From: Antedon mediterranea
Lineage: Eukaryota > Animalia > Echinodermata
Reading direction: 5' to 3'
DNA length: 64,000 nucleotides
NCBI RefSeq assembly: GCF_964355755.1
Contig: NC_092672.1
Location: 17,559,237 to 17,623,236, forward strand
The position numbers and the translations under genes are program-made. Shown here piece after piece: positions 13,690 to 26,627 of this stretch. Positions within the stretch are counted from its first letter, which is position 1, and each line of letters starts with the position of its first letter. The notes under the pieces are model-generated. The model was not told where the DNA came from. It saw only the letters and a program-made list of their open reading frames with translations, and did no database searches.

Positions 13690-14375
13690 ATCTATGTATT
13701 ATGTTTTTTATTTTGTTTTATCTTGTATATAAATACATTGGTCAGGGTTGTAAAATTAAAACAAACAAATGAAAATGAAAAACTCACAAATTCTTTATGT
13801 GTAAAATATTTCAAAACGGGATAAATGATAATGACGATCATTGTCAAGTGTATAGAAAAATATAAGAAAAATAATGAAAAAAGGAGGTAATACGGAATTC
13901 ATAAATGTAAAAATGTTACTGATGAATTGTAACAACATTTAGAATGTGTTAAATAATAGGATTTTATGTAATGACATATAATATGAATGTGAATAAGTGG
14001 TGATTGCGCCACAAAAGAGGAAAAAAAAGTATGGGAGAGATTCAAAATAGAAGAACTTAATTTTTTACATAATTTATCAATCTGAGGAATGAAAGTAAAA
14101 TGATGGTCGGAAATGACACCTAAATGCTTGTGCTAGGTAACTTGTTTGATAGGGGAGTTGCTAATAGAGACATTGATTGGTCGAAGTGAAGAAAGTCAGA
14201 ACTTCAATTTCCTTAGTGTTATGAGCAAATCTATTAGCAAGCAGCCAAGTAAAAAGCCAAATTCAAAATTAAGATTAGTTTCAATATAGTCAATTTTACT
14301 ACTAGCGCTGTAAATAATAGTATCATCAGCAAACATATCCATAGAAGAAAACGATAAACAATTTGGGAGGTCATT
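13690..14375 (-). mobile_element. CR1/L2-type LINE reverse transcriptase 3' fragment
   Basis: DMFADDTIIY at about 14310-14340 and KHLGVISD at about 14107-14130. Confidence 0.75.
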
Positions 14376-14836
14376 GTAACTCTACACATTTGGAGTCAAA
14401 ATACAAGGTAGGTGTGAAACATTAGTAGGGCCAGTACAGTATACAAACTAATTGAACCAGGATAACCAAAAACATTTAAATAATTTAAAAATTATTTTCA
14501 TTTGGGTCTATCAAATTATAATTGTTACAATCAAAAACCAGAAATTCCACTAATATTAAAGTTTGATATATGATAATATAAAACAAACTCTGAAAAATTT
14601 ATTTTATTTTATATTATAATAAATGTCTGGTACAGGGTGCTATGTTTGCATAAATGTGGTTGTCTGCACATTTAAGGGCATAAAGTTTGCCCAACGGTGG
14701 TTGTTACACAAATGTAAGTTTTTGAACTTTTTATGGCTCAGCAAACTTCCAATAGGCAGAAAATTAAATGACAATGGTACAACAAATTGTAAATCCAAAA
14801 AGTAAATTCTGAAACAATGTTTGAACAATTAATTAC

Positions 14837-14968
14837 TATAATGTTTTGATTTCTTTTCACGTGGACTTTTCTTCTTATCATTACTCTTCTTCTTAACTGT
14901 TGATGAATCTACAGATACATTCAGCCCAGCCAAGTTTGCAAATTCCTCTGTAAGAGACTTCAGTAAAC
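14837..14968 (-). CDS. TRIM37: TRIM37 tail exon with basic, NLS-like patch (GLLKSLTEEFANLAG...KKKSNDKKKSPREKKSKHY)
   Basis: TTTGCAG acceptor in phase; ends either at a weak GTAATT donor or by read-through to TAA at 14829. Confidence 0.75.
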
Positions 14969-15750
14969 CTGCAAATAAAAATAAAATTAAATTACAATCT
15001 ATTCAAACAATAAAAATGTGTTTAAAAATTGTGTTTAATTTTGTTGGTGTGAAACTTGACCTACAAAGTCTCACTTCAGATATATCACTATATCGCTTTC
15101 TGTAGAGGGATAGCCTATGGGAATTGTCAAGAATTCATTTTTTTCTGCTCGTATGTAGTTGTGCTCCTGATTTGATTTTCTGCAATTCTTAGATTGACTA
15201 TAAAAGACTACTGACTGTACATTATAGAAGATTATGGAATAATTAATGTACAACAGGTTTTGAGATTTCTATCAACAAAGAGTAAGCATAATTTGAACCA
15301 AAATCTAATCTGTCACTTTGACAGATTATATTTAATTAAAAAAATTGTAGTGTAGCTTGGGGGTTAAGCTTGCCTTCCAATTCCAAGGTCCAGGGTTCAA
15401 TTCTGACCTAATGCAGGGTTGTAACTCACAACAATAAAAAATTATAAAAAAGAAATTGGATTTGTGAGTTACTTGCTGTTGGATGCGTGTGAAATAAATA
15501 AAAATCTGTGCAAACACAACATGTGTGCAGAAATGTGATATGAAGCATAGTGCTGGATTGTGTCTGTATAGGCCTATGTGTTACATAATATACAGTATAT
15601 ACTATATACAGTGTAGCATAGGTGAAACTGCAAGACCCACATTCATCTTTTGGTATATGACGGCATTGAAATCAAACATAAAGATGACAATTTCGAAAGA
15701 TAATTTGAATAACATTATCATATATATTGATATGGTAAAACAATCCTTAC

Positions 15751-15951
15751 CAAGATCAGATTGTGATTTACTTGCAGTAGAATAAGCAGGTGCATCACTA
15801 GTTGTTAATAGAGTAGATGGTGCTGATATACTACATGAAGATGTCGCTACTGCTCCTAGTGAATTTAATCCTGAAAACTGCGTCCATAAACGTTCAAGTA
15901 TAGCATCTGCTGATCCATTGCTTATATCATCTTTAGACTTTTCTTTAAAAA
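15751..15951 (-). CDS. TRIM37: TRIM37 tail exon (VFKEKSKDDISNGSADAILERLWTQFSG...SQSDL)
   Basis: 201-bp stop-free frame; TTCCAG acceptor and GTAAGG donor; phase 1 at both ends fits. Confidence 0.8.
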
Positions 15952-16215
15952 CTGGAATAACATTTGCTTTAACAGTTCCAGTTCATTGATTTAACATTTG
16001 ACAAAGTATACAAAAAGAATACATAAGTAAAAATAATTAAAGTAATTAAAAAAATATAAAAACCCATACTGTATTTCTATCTATTTTTTAAAGTATCCAT
16101 GGCGAATAAACACTGGTAAAAGTTAAGTTTGTCGTACACCACATGATTACAAAATAAGGTTGAGAATGTCATTTTGGTTTTTATGCTACGACATCTTAAA
16201 ACTTGCCATACATAC

Positions 16216-16442
16216 CAGACTTGAGCCTATTTGGAGGATGTGGTAGACACTTTGCAACTCTATCATCTTGTCCTCTTTCTGGTAAATCTAGGAGCTGCAT
16301 CAAAATACTGTTATCATCTTGGCCTGCATATGATTGGTCAATGAGTTGACGAGCAGCTTGACCTCCAACCGCTCCTCTGGGAGATAATTCCCCCTCCTCC
16401 AGATCCCAATTGGAGCAATTTTCAACATCATTATCTCCAGAC
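16216..16442 (-). CDS. TRIM37: TRIM37 exon (SGDNDVENCSNWDLEEGEL...ILMQLLDL...RLKS)
   Basis: SG.NDVE, LEEGEL and LLDL motifs conserved; TTTTCAG acceptor and GTATGT donor. Confidence 0.92.
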
Positions 16443-16837
16443 CTGAAAAGCATGCAAAAATATCAAGTTCAGTTACAGAATTATTTTCAGTGAATATGGT
16501 TCTTGTCAAAAACTAATACTGTAGTAATATAGAAGAGAAAGAAGAACAATAATTCGATGGATACTCCGGCAAATCTGGCTTCCACACAATTTTCACTGAA
16601 AGTTAAAAGACCAGTTTAGAAAACCAAAAACTAGCTGTATAGGAAACATAAACACAGAACTTAAAAAGTAAATACCTATCGGGCCACTGAAAAAGAATCA
16701 CGGAAACGATTAGTGAATGCAATGTCTACCTACGATGAATAGTGTAATAGATGATGATGACTCTTGCTTTACTTTTATTGTAATATTAATTTACATGATA
16801 TCCAGATATGAGTATTCTTACAACTTTATTTACTTAC

Positions 16838-16971
16838 ATTGTTTCTTCATCAATGTCATTTTCTTCCATGGTACTCTCCATTTGTTCTTCTTGCTCTGTT
16901 TCATCACCTGATGAACAAGATGACAAAGACGGACTTGCAGTATCATCACCACCTACATTTTCATCTGCCTC
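16838..16971 (-). CDS. TRIM37: TRIM37 acidic exon (EADENVGG...MEENDIDEET)
   Basis: EENDIDEETM motif conserved with vertebrate TRIM37; TTCAG acceptor and GTAAGT donor. Confidence 0.92.
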
Positions 16972-17069
16972 CTGAATTAAAATGTTTAAACGTATTTGTA
17001 GTTTTGATCAGTAGTGATATTGATTGCTTGTAAATGACTGGAGACTACCCTAAAGTTTATAAAACTTAC

Positions 17070-17251
17070 CACAGTTGTATCATTATGCTGTGTATTTTGT
17101 ATTTGTTCACCATTGTCTTGGAAAAGATCACAATCTGTTGTTATGGTTGCGATCTGAGCATGATGATTACAATCTGATTTAAAGTTTGTCCTTGAGCCCA
17201 ATGTTCGCCTCATCACTTGGCTAGAACTTTCTTCTGTTTTGTCTGAAGTTG
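17070..17251 (-). CDS. TRIM37: TRIM37 exon, divergent linker (ATSDKTEESSSQVM...QHNDTTV)
   Basis: Open frame within ORF 16986..17264; TTTAG acceptor and GTAAGT donor; phases fit both flanking exons. Confidence 0.8.
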
Positions 17252-17861
17252 CTAAAGAATTCATAAGCCAATGTTAACTTAAATTGTTGGAAACTGCATG
17301 GTATTTATAATGTTAGGCTATTAGTGAGTGTTCGCATCGGGACGTTCGACGATAGGGGATGGTAGATATGAAAGCAATTTATACAAAACATTTATCTGTG
17401 CATGCATATACCCCCAGTATTCTTCATTCCGTTCGCTAACCTTAGCCTGGCTAACGAAGAAACTTTTCAAATACACACCAACCAAGCGTGCGTGCACAGG
17501 GTCTGATTGCCTTTGTCTTGAAATAACCATCACTCTCTATTCATTACCGTCCCCATTATTTACCTACCTGATGCGAAAGCTCCGTATTAAATAAGAAAAT
17601 TATGAGTTTGCCGCCTTGAATTAATTCATTTTGATTAAGTGGCAAGGTGTAAAGACACCACTATAGGGGTTGGGATAGATATAAAACCTTGTTTCTAAAA
17701 ACATACAGCAAACATAAATAACAAATATTTTGTTTTAGGTCTTCAAATCAAAATGTGGGTTTTAAAAATACTACTTATTTACATTAAATTTAAAATCGAT
17801 ATCTTGGTATGGTTGTCAACAAGCAATACAATTTAGTTAAAACAAAACTAAATCTAATTAC

Positions 17862-17913
17862 CTGAACATTCAGCATGACTCATATTTGATCTAGATAACT
17901 CTATGGCTAACCT
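17862..17913 (-). CDS. TRIM37: TRIM37 exon (RLAIELSRSNMSHAECS)
   Basis: Matches RLTIELSR; CTAG acceptor and GTAATT donor; 52 bp. Confidence 0.9.
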
Positions 17914-18464
17914 CTAGTGACAAGATAGAAATTAGTACAAATAATAAAATAAAAGCATAATTTAAAAGCACAATTATAATTCAATTTATGGGCTTATTGG
18001 TCAATCTGGCTATTTTGAAAAAAAAACAACACTTAAGACATAGGAATTGAAGTATACTAATGCAAGAAAGTGAGCAGTAAAAGTGTATTAGGCTCCGTGA
18101 ATACTGTAACTTATGGTAGGTCAGGAAATGTCTTAAAAAGAGCAATGGATCACAGATCTGCAATCAGAAATTAGAGTGAAAGAATTACATACAAAAATAA
18201 CAAATTTAGGATATCATTGAGATACAAACTTAGTCTCAGGATTTTTTCTCATGACAATTTGCAACCCCACTCTCAAAGACTTGTAATAAGTCTTTGTTTA
18301 TGTAGAGCATCTTGTATTATATGTTTGTCGTGTGAACAGGAGAGCCACCTTTGAGAGGAGGACAGTGATTGAGTTCACTTGTGGTTATCCTTGGCAATTT
18401 GCCTAAAATTTAATAATAATAATAAAAAAAAATATATCAAACAAAATATGAAAGGTCAACAAAC

Positions 18465-18572
18465 TTCTTTGAGGTCATTGATTTGCTCTACATGTTGCTG
18501 CTGCACAGATGTTAATTGACCAATATACCATTGTTGATCTCGACATTTCTGATAGAAGGTTGGTGCTCGTAC
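18465..18572 (-). CDS. TRIM37: TRIM37 exon (VRAPTFYQKCRDQQWYIGQLTSVQQQHVEQINDLKE)
   Basis: Resembles vertebrate VRSPTFFQKSRDQHWYI; TTTTCCAG acceptor and GTTTGT donor; 108 bp. Confidence 0.95.
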
Positions 18573-19220
18573 CTGGAAAAATATTAAAGTTCAAAATAAA
18601 ACAAAAGGCTTCAAAAGAAACTTGGCAAAAAATTACGTCTGGTGTTTGCTAAAAATAATTTTTAATATTCAATGAAAAAACACTAAATTTTACATGCAAC
18701 AAAGAGGGGCTTGCTGGTTTAAAATTACTAAAAAATATATAATATATTTGTCTCTTGGAAGCAGAACGAAGGCTGTAAAGTGAAGCAAAAACTGTAAGTG
18801 CAGCTACGCTAATTATGACACCGAGTGACACCGTGTTACACAGTAGGAAATTACTAAAATGGCCAATCTTTCGACGATTCGTACTTGCTAACTATATAAA
18901 TTACTTATATAAAATTACCTTTTTTCCCATTATCTAGTAAAAATACATAAAAATGTACGTAAAATGAAATATGTTTGCACTTTTCGTTTCGCTTAGGGAA
19001 GCCTTCAAAATCAATACAAAAATCTAATACAAAAAATGAATTAGTTTCAGAATTATCACTTATGATTGACAACGTACGCGATGCGAGTTTGGAAGAATCA
19101 ACTTGATTTCATGAATATTAATGAGTAACGCCAATGAGCTTTCCTAAGCTGTTGAAAAAAGAAATTCTATGGATTTACTCTGAAATGTATATGACATTTT
19201 TTTTTTTTTTCTCGTTATTA

Positions 19221-21226
19221 CCATAAAACCTCGAAAAGAAGCCCATGGGCTTCTTCTTTTTTTAGTGCTCTTGGGTGAGCTTCTTTTCGAGATGGGCTTC
19301 TTTTCGAGATGGGCTTCTTTTCGAGATGGGCTTCTTTTCGAGAGTACTTTTACAAACTGTAGAGAGGGGCTTCTTTTCGAAATGAATGCTGTAAATTTTA
19401 CAATAATATGACTTTTGAGACATTTTTTCAACCATGAAATTATGTTTATTACACCAATTAAAAAACAATATAAAAAGCAAAAAACAGTTCTATGATTCAC
19501 GTCAAAAACAATCATTTCGTTATCATCGTCGTCATCATTCACAATGAAATATTCAAGAGTGTCGTCTGTCGATGATGGCATCTCATATCCAACTCTTCTA
19601 CGTTTACTTCTTTGTTTTCAGAACCATCAAGGGCTACATCTATCCCACACTTTCTGAACGACCAAATTTGCAGCGATGGATTTGTGTTCATCATGGACAA
19701 GGCATTGTCAACCAACTTTGTTATAAGAATTCGCCTATCGCTTGCGCATATCTTACCCAACACATCATTGATATGTTTTTCAAACTCCTCTTTTATCGCA
19801 TTCTTATATGGCTTGTTGAATACAACATCGAGGGGCTGTACTCTGCTGGTACAACCAGGGGGTACATTTTGCTGTGCATTATGTACATCTGCGATCAACA
19901 TGTGCTTATGATTTGGGGCCACAGGATTGGTAAATCGGTTTCCCCACTCTTCATCTATCAAAATCTTCATAATGCCTTCGTCACACCATGCTTTAGGTTG
20001 AATTCCAGCCTGACTCTCTTGTCCCATTCACTCTACAAATGGAAGTACATTTTTAAGCATTTATTATAGTCTACATTTTATTGGATTGCTAGTGACAGTT
20101 ATAATTATTATTAAAAATCCGTTTTCAAGATAGTATAATATCGGTATTTTAACTGACCTTTTCTTTTTGTGAAATTCTTAATCCCATTCCTCTAAATATG
20201 ACCATCGGCCGTACCCTAGGGATTCCATCTGCTAATATAGTCAACTGAACCGTACACTGTCGTTTCTCGAGACCAGATGAGCCACTCGCCACCCATATCT
20301 CTTTCTTTCCTTCTACGTCATACGTCCTTCCATCAGACATAATAAAGGGCAGGGGTGTTTGATCCATGTTAGCTATCTCACTATCTGCGAAGTCTCGCAT
20401 TAAACATTGTCTTCGGACGGCTTGGTGGAAGAAAGTAATGGCTGGACTCAAAGCTGTCTTTGGCTTTTGTGCTTGGTGCGTTTTCCTTCGATGGCTTAGT
20501 TTATTCCTCTTCTTGAAATTCATAAACCATCCATTTGAGGTTTTAAAGCCAACTGCTCCCTCTTCTACTGTAATTTACTTAGCTCTAGACTCTATCCACC
20601 ATCGTTTGACTTCAATACCATTATTCCGCTTTTCTTTGAACTATTGAAGAAGCTTTTTTTTTTTTTTCAAGTGTCTCATATGGTGTCTTTCTTTCTCACA
20701 CGCCAATGAACAGTGAATGTATTGCAACAATAGCGTCCTTTTTCTTTTTCCACTCTCGCACCAGCTTACGATCAATTCTAAATTCTTTTGCAGTCTTTGC
20801 GACACAATTGCCATAATAGTGCTATGCCACTGCAAAACATTAAGCTTATAGTTCCGAGTATACACTTTCCTCGTCTTTACTATTTTGCAAAAGCAAAGAA
20901 AAATAGCAAATACACACACAACTACTGTCACGTTTGAAAAAAATACGCAGTGCAGGCACGTCACTATGCGCTGTGCGTACCGCGTATCATCTAGGCCCAG
21001 ACATTTTTTACTGGGGTTTTATACTTTTGCTTTATAGCTGGTGTGCATAATATAAAAACAAATAATACAGTAAACGAAAATGGCTACACCACTAAGTGGC
21101 AATTGTTTCATCTAGGATTAAAGGACACCATGTTTTTCAGTACAATTACGAAATAAACGAAGAAATGATATGTAAACTGGAACCTGAAAACAAGAAAAGT
21201 CTAGCCAGAAATGCAATCAAGGTATG
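19221..21226 (-). mobile_element. Decayed pogo/Tigger-like transposon (HTH, CENP-B-like HTH, DDE)
   Basis: RKVYTRNYKLNVL; NFKKRNKLSHRRKTH; ANMDQTPL; VQLTILADG; PPGCTSRVQPLDVVFNKPYK; TA-ccataaaa terminus with 17-bp subterminal repeats (ttcttttcgagatgggc) at 19268-19382. Confidence 0.9.
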
Positions 21227-23832
21227 CAGCCACGTAACAAGGGGGTCTTGTCAGGGGGGGCAAACAGGACTGATCCTTCCAGACACCAAGTACTTGAGCC
21301 ACAGCCCCCCAGTGGCAAAGCGAATTTTGGTAAATGACACCCCTAGATCTGTCTCTTCAAAGTATATAAAAAAAACAAATACGACATATTAACGCAATGT
21401 ATATTAAGATTAGCCATATACTTGTGTGTTTGAACTAAATAATAAACTATACAGTAATCTATAAACATTAAGTGATACATGTACTAGTATTGTCCACTTT
21501 GTCTGATGATTTGAATTTTATAAGCATTCAAAGTTGAACATTTCGTCTTCCTGTAACTGTCATGCGACTAAATGTGTTGATAACGCTGTCAAAGTTTGCA
21601 TTTTCAGAAAGGTCTCTTTCAACTGATATTAGGGTTAATGATGATAGCCGTTTTTCTCCCATGGTTGACCGCAAGTAGTTTTTAACGAGTTTCAACTTAC
21701 TGAATGATCTTTCTGCTGTGGCAGAAGCCACCGATATTGTTGCAAATATGCGAAAAAGGATTCCCATGTTTGGATATGCAGTGTGTAAACTATTTTTGAA
21801 AACCCAATGCAGCATATCTTGCAAAGTTTCAATAGTTCCTTTCTCAGGTATAAGTTCTTTATACAGCAAGCAAAACTGTTCATATTCTTTTTCAGCTAGT
21901 CCAATATCAATATCTTCCGAGTATGACCTAGCTAAATCACTGAACATGCCCATCTTTCCCAAATTAGCAGGCATTAAGAAGCCGAAAGGTCTAACCCGGT
22001 TATGGAAATCAGCAAATCTGTTTTAAAGTTCATTAATAATCTTATCGTATATAAAATAAAATACGTCTCTTCTGAATCTGTCTTTTGGATCTTCATGGGG
22101 TTCATCAGTAGCTTGTTCTCCTGGCATTCTTTTTCGTCTACGAAGTCTTCGCCTTGTGAATGTCGCAGTTCGAGTTCCTCTTCTGCAGCAATGGACGTTA
22201 GTGTATTTATGCATTCCCTAAAATGCTCTTCTGATCGTCTTTTAGTTACTATTTCAGTTGTGCTTGTAATCATAGCTGACGCAGTAACCACGTATATCTT
22301 AATTTTCTGAAGGTATTGAGAAAGAATGTTGATGTCTGCTAAAATGTTTATCCACATTTCCAATAGAACCAAAAACTTGCTGATGGCATCTAATAGGCCC
22401 TGTGCTTCCCCTACATTTTCAGGAGTTTTCTCCCTTCCTACAATCTTCTCTAAAGCTAATAACATTGCTGGGTAAGTATCTTGAACAGCCTTTACTGCTT
22501 TGTACTTACAGTACCATCGAGTTTCGCATAACCTTTGCAAAGTTTTTCTTTTCATTTTAAGCTCGTCTTGAGCATCTTGAAAGATATCCAGTCGTGGGTG
22601 GCTCCCGGTGATAAATGTATAGAGCTTTAATTAGCACTGTCCCAAAAAAAGTTACAGCATCAACACATTCATTACACGCGTGTACCAGTACTAAGTTTAA
22701 ATTATGTGCACATGCAGCAGTGTAAATATGTAGCAGACGAGTTTTCTTTTTTTACGCGAGCCTGCAAACCAGTTAAATGACCAGACATGTTGTTGGCTCC
22801 ATCATATGACTGACAACGAATCCGCTTTATATCTAATCCATGTTTTTCCAAAAGCACTTTTAATTGTTTGAACACATTTTCTGAGTTGCTAGACTTTAAA
22901 TCTGCAAACTGCAAAAAGTGTTCTTGAATAACAAAGGTATCATCTACGTATCGCAAACAGAACGATAACTGGTCTTTGTGTGAAACATCAATTGTGCTAT
23001 CAAGTATAACACCATAGAAGTGAGCACTTGTGACATGCGACAGTATCATTCGTGTAACTTCCTCAGAAAGTGCGTTTATAAAGTCATTCTGAATCTTAGG
23101 GCTCATGTACATGACATGTCGAGGACTTGTGGCTATGTGCTTTGCCAATACCCCATCGTATTTGGAAAGAAGCTTAACTAATTCTAAAAAGTTGCCTTCA
23201 TTTTTACTAAATCGAAGTTCTCTGTGTCCCCGAAATGCAAGGTTCCGTTTGGCCAAAAAGAATGTTATATCAAGCAGACGGTGCAACACCGCTCTATTTT
23301 GCGCAATTTGCTGCTCATACACTCTGAGTTGCTGTTTGTCTACAGTCATGCCAATGTTAAGACGTTTTCGCTACAAATTGTCTTACAGAATCGTGATGAA
23401 TAGATGACTGTTCGTGAGCGCGAAACTTCTCTGTAGCTTTCTTCCACTTGACGAATCCATGCGCAGGTTCTATAAATGATAGATTGAAATGACTATCTAA
23501 TCTATCTGCAAACAGCCAACTACTACTATTACTGAATATACTAGCCAATCTCTAACAGATTTAAGGCCATTTTTCATATCCCTGTAATACCAGGACGGTC
23601 GGAATGATCTCATTAATTTATTTTCAGGAAATTTAAAGGGTTCATGTAGTCCTGGTTGACTAGGACCTTTTTCCATACTGCCCGAACAAACACTGGTGTT
23701 CTTATTTTGTTCACAAACAGTGCTGGATCTGTTGGAAACGAATTTGTAAGATCGAGCAATAGTGAAATCGATTCTTTCTGGATTTCTTCTATTTAAAGTA
23801 TGCTCATGTCTTAGGCTCGATTGTTGGCTCAC
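21227..23832 (-). mobile_element. Decayed hAT transposon (ZMYM1-like: TTF zinc finger, DUF4371, hAT dimerisation domain)
   Basis: AFRGHRE..NEGNFLEL; ILDSTIDVSHKDQLS; QSYDGANNMSG; LCETRW; ATAERSFSKLKLVKNYLRSTM; split over frames; hAT-like end cagccacgtaacaagggggt at 21227. Confidence 0.92.
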
Positions 23833-25209
23833 TTAATTGTGCATCTTTGTCGTCTTGTAGTTTGGAAACGTTTCCGATTGATGTTTTTAAAGTGTCGGTT
23901 TCTACATCACTGCTATCATTCCGCTGGTCCAGGTCCTGTTGAAAGTAATAAGGTGTATACTTATTGAATTTAATCATTCCGATGCTCAGATATTTACCTT
24001 ACAATAGTGATATGTGATGTGACGAATGATGAATCGAGAAGAGTTATACATTTATCTTAACTTAATAACTATACTATCAAAAGACCGGATAACCAATTCA
24101 ATACTGTATTGTTATTATTGGCACTAGTGTATAGAAATTGAAAAATACGATACCCCAACTGTCCCGAAGTCATGCGCATGCGTCTCTGGTTGGACCTGTA
24201 TAAAAATATAATAATATAATATTATTGTTAACATTTTTGAGAATCGTTCTGATAAGCGGATCTTACGTCCCATAGATTATACACGTCACTTTACATACTT
24301 TCACTATCAACTGACTACAAAACATTAACCGTTTTTTCCTACAATAATTTATTATTTAATTTTGTTTTAATGATGTAGGCCTATTTAATATTATCATACA
24401 ATTTGCTTTATTATACAGTACCTCAATTTCCATTGGCACAATAGTTTGGGGCTGCAAATGAGTCACAGATTGGTCTTCCTCTCTAAGATTAGTCGTAGGC
24501 CTGTTGTCTGATCTTGTTGTAAGTCTGTGCAACCCTCCTCCTGGTGGTACTGACTCTCTGTACCTAAACTTTGCACCGTGGACAGTTTAAATGTGGCTTA
24601 GCAGCCTATCTCTTCTTAATGTTTTTTTACAATAAAAACACATTGTTCGTTCTTTTGAAAACATCGCGGAATGAATATAATAATTTTATTCTATGCGAAA
24701 AGAAAGTGAATGCCTGTCCGGGAGTGAATGAAATGCTGTAATGCCCTTACAGGTAGGCAATTCGGCAAATGCATGGCGGCTTAGATAAAAGACGCCAAAA
24801 ACCACAGTCAACTGACCGCATGTTAATGTACTGATAAGCAGTGCGTCTTCCCACGAGTTGTCAGTCAGGATTTTGTGTATTTCATATCATCTTACTTGAA
24901 TATCATACTGTACTGTGACTCATTTGAAGCCATATCATATATCGTATATTTTATTCTTATCTTATATTTTCTTTCTTTTTCTTTCTTCTATCCCTTCTTT
25001 GTATTTTATTTTATTGTATTTTTTTACTTGTTACCCAGCCCGATCGAACGCTTCTCAACCCGGTAAAATCCGCCAGGGGGGTATTATTTTACGGTATATT
25101 GTTATAATAGTTTTTATGTACAGTAGTAAATAGACGATATTTAAAAGCAATTTTAAACCCAGAATCCCCATTTTTAAGCCATAAAAGAAATATCAGAATT
25201 AAAACTTAC

Positions 25210-25390
25210 TTGAAACTGTAGAATCAAGGTATCATCCTTAAGATAACCTTCACTCGCAAGAAGATCAATTCTAAAGAAACGATTATAACCCCAACATTCA
25301 CCAACTTCAAAGTCCGAGGCGAACTCACGTACTATGTTTTTACTATCATCATGAGAAGCTTGGTGTATCATCTCAACACGGTATTCATAT
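25210..25390 (-). CDS. TRIM37: TRIM37 MATH exon ([10 protein letters not shown]...[30 protein letters not shown]...LQFQ)
   Basis: Within ORF 25174..25449; diagnostic TRIM37 [10 protein letters not shown]; TAG acceptor and GTAAGT donor; 181 bp. Confidence 0.97.
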
Positions 25391-26550
25391 CTAGAGTAGA
25401 TAATATTTTCAGTGCATAATGTAGTGGTAAGAATATATGATACTGCCATCTAGCGGTAGATGGAGATTATGAAAATTGGAGGAAAGTCGAATAATCTTGA
25501 TCCTAAAAATGGTCTTGAATTTTTTTCTTTATTTTGTTTGCTTTTGTGTTTGAGCGATTGATTAAAAGTTATTATAATTTGACCTAAATTATTCGTTTTG
25601 TTGCCATTTTGATGTCACATAATAGTTATTTACAAAAATTGGATTGAAAAAAAAATTGTTTACCTAAACAAAATGCAATTTAAAGCAAAAAATATTCAAA
25701 TTGACTGGAAGTCGGTGAGTTTTTGGTTGAATTTAACCGTTTATTTTATTTTTTTTTAACTTTATTAAAACTGCAAAAAGAATGTTTCTATTAACCCTAA
25801 TTGTTCATGTTTTTGGGGGACAATACATCTTTAAATGAACATTAATATTTCTTTTTTGTAGATATTGTGATGAGATAACAAATATTGTCCCATTAATACG
25901 GGTGTCCTATTATTAGGGGTTGGCCGTAGTGTTACAACATATATCTTCCCTAGTCTTGCAGGAAAGTGTCCTTTTAATAAGGGTCTCTCCTGAAAAATAG
26001 CAAAAGTCTTCCTACTTTAAGGAGTTTTATCAGACAATCTATATTGTTTTGACAACTCTGTAACAGGACCACACTGTTGATTTTGCCATATCTCCCCTAA
26101 CTATTACCACATTTAAACAAACTCAAACAGATACATTAGTTTTAACACAAATTAATTAATTACTACGGCATTTTTTTTCAGTTTTAAATTTTCAAATTGT
26201 TAAAGTTGAAAATAAACTATGATCAAGTCACTAATATTTACACATTTCTTATCAATCGTTAATGGCTTCTTGGTTCTTTTGAGTGTTGCTGAGACACACG
26301 AATGTGAAGTGCTGCGTGAAAATTGAAAAGTTTACGGGTTTTGCTGCTTCATGTTTTCACTGATATCTTAATCTAGGCTTACACTAAAGACAAATATTAA
26401 ATTATATTATTTTTATATTATAATTTAGTTAATATATAATAATAATAATTTAGACTTACACTTTTTATTTTGAAATATCAGACTTTAAAAGTGTACAAAA
26501 AAGGTGAAAAACTTTGTCACACTGTAAAAATTAAAGTTTGTTAAACTTAC

Positions 26551-26627
26551 TTAGATGTTTCTGGAAGACCAGATGATAACTCCAGAAATACAGATAAATA
26601 ATTTCCCCGAACAACCCCATTTCCATC
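26551..26627 (-). CDS. TRIM37: TRIM37 MATH exon ([26 protein letters not shown])
   Basis: AAG acceptor and GTAAGT donor; 77 bp; [12 protein letters not shown] motif. Confidence 0.96.

Noticed and set aside
17321-17594. Overlapping ORFs in a TRIM37 intron
   Set aside because: The flanking exons already splice in phase; no recognisable homology.
21528-23832. Domesticated ZMYM1-like host gene
   Set aside because: Multiple frameshifts and stops, plus a transposon end.
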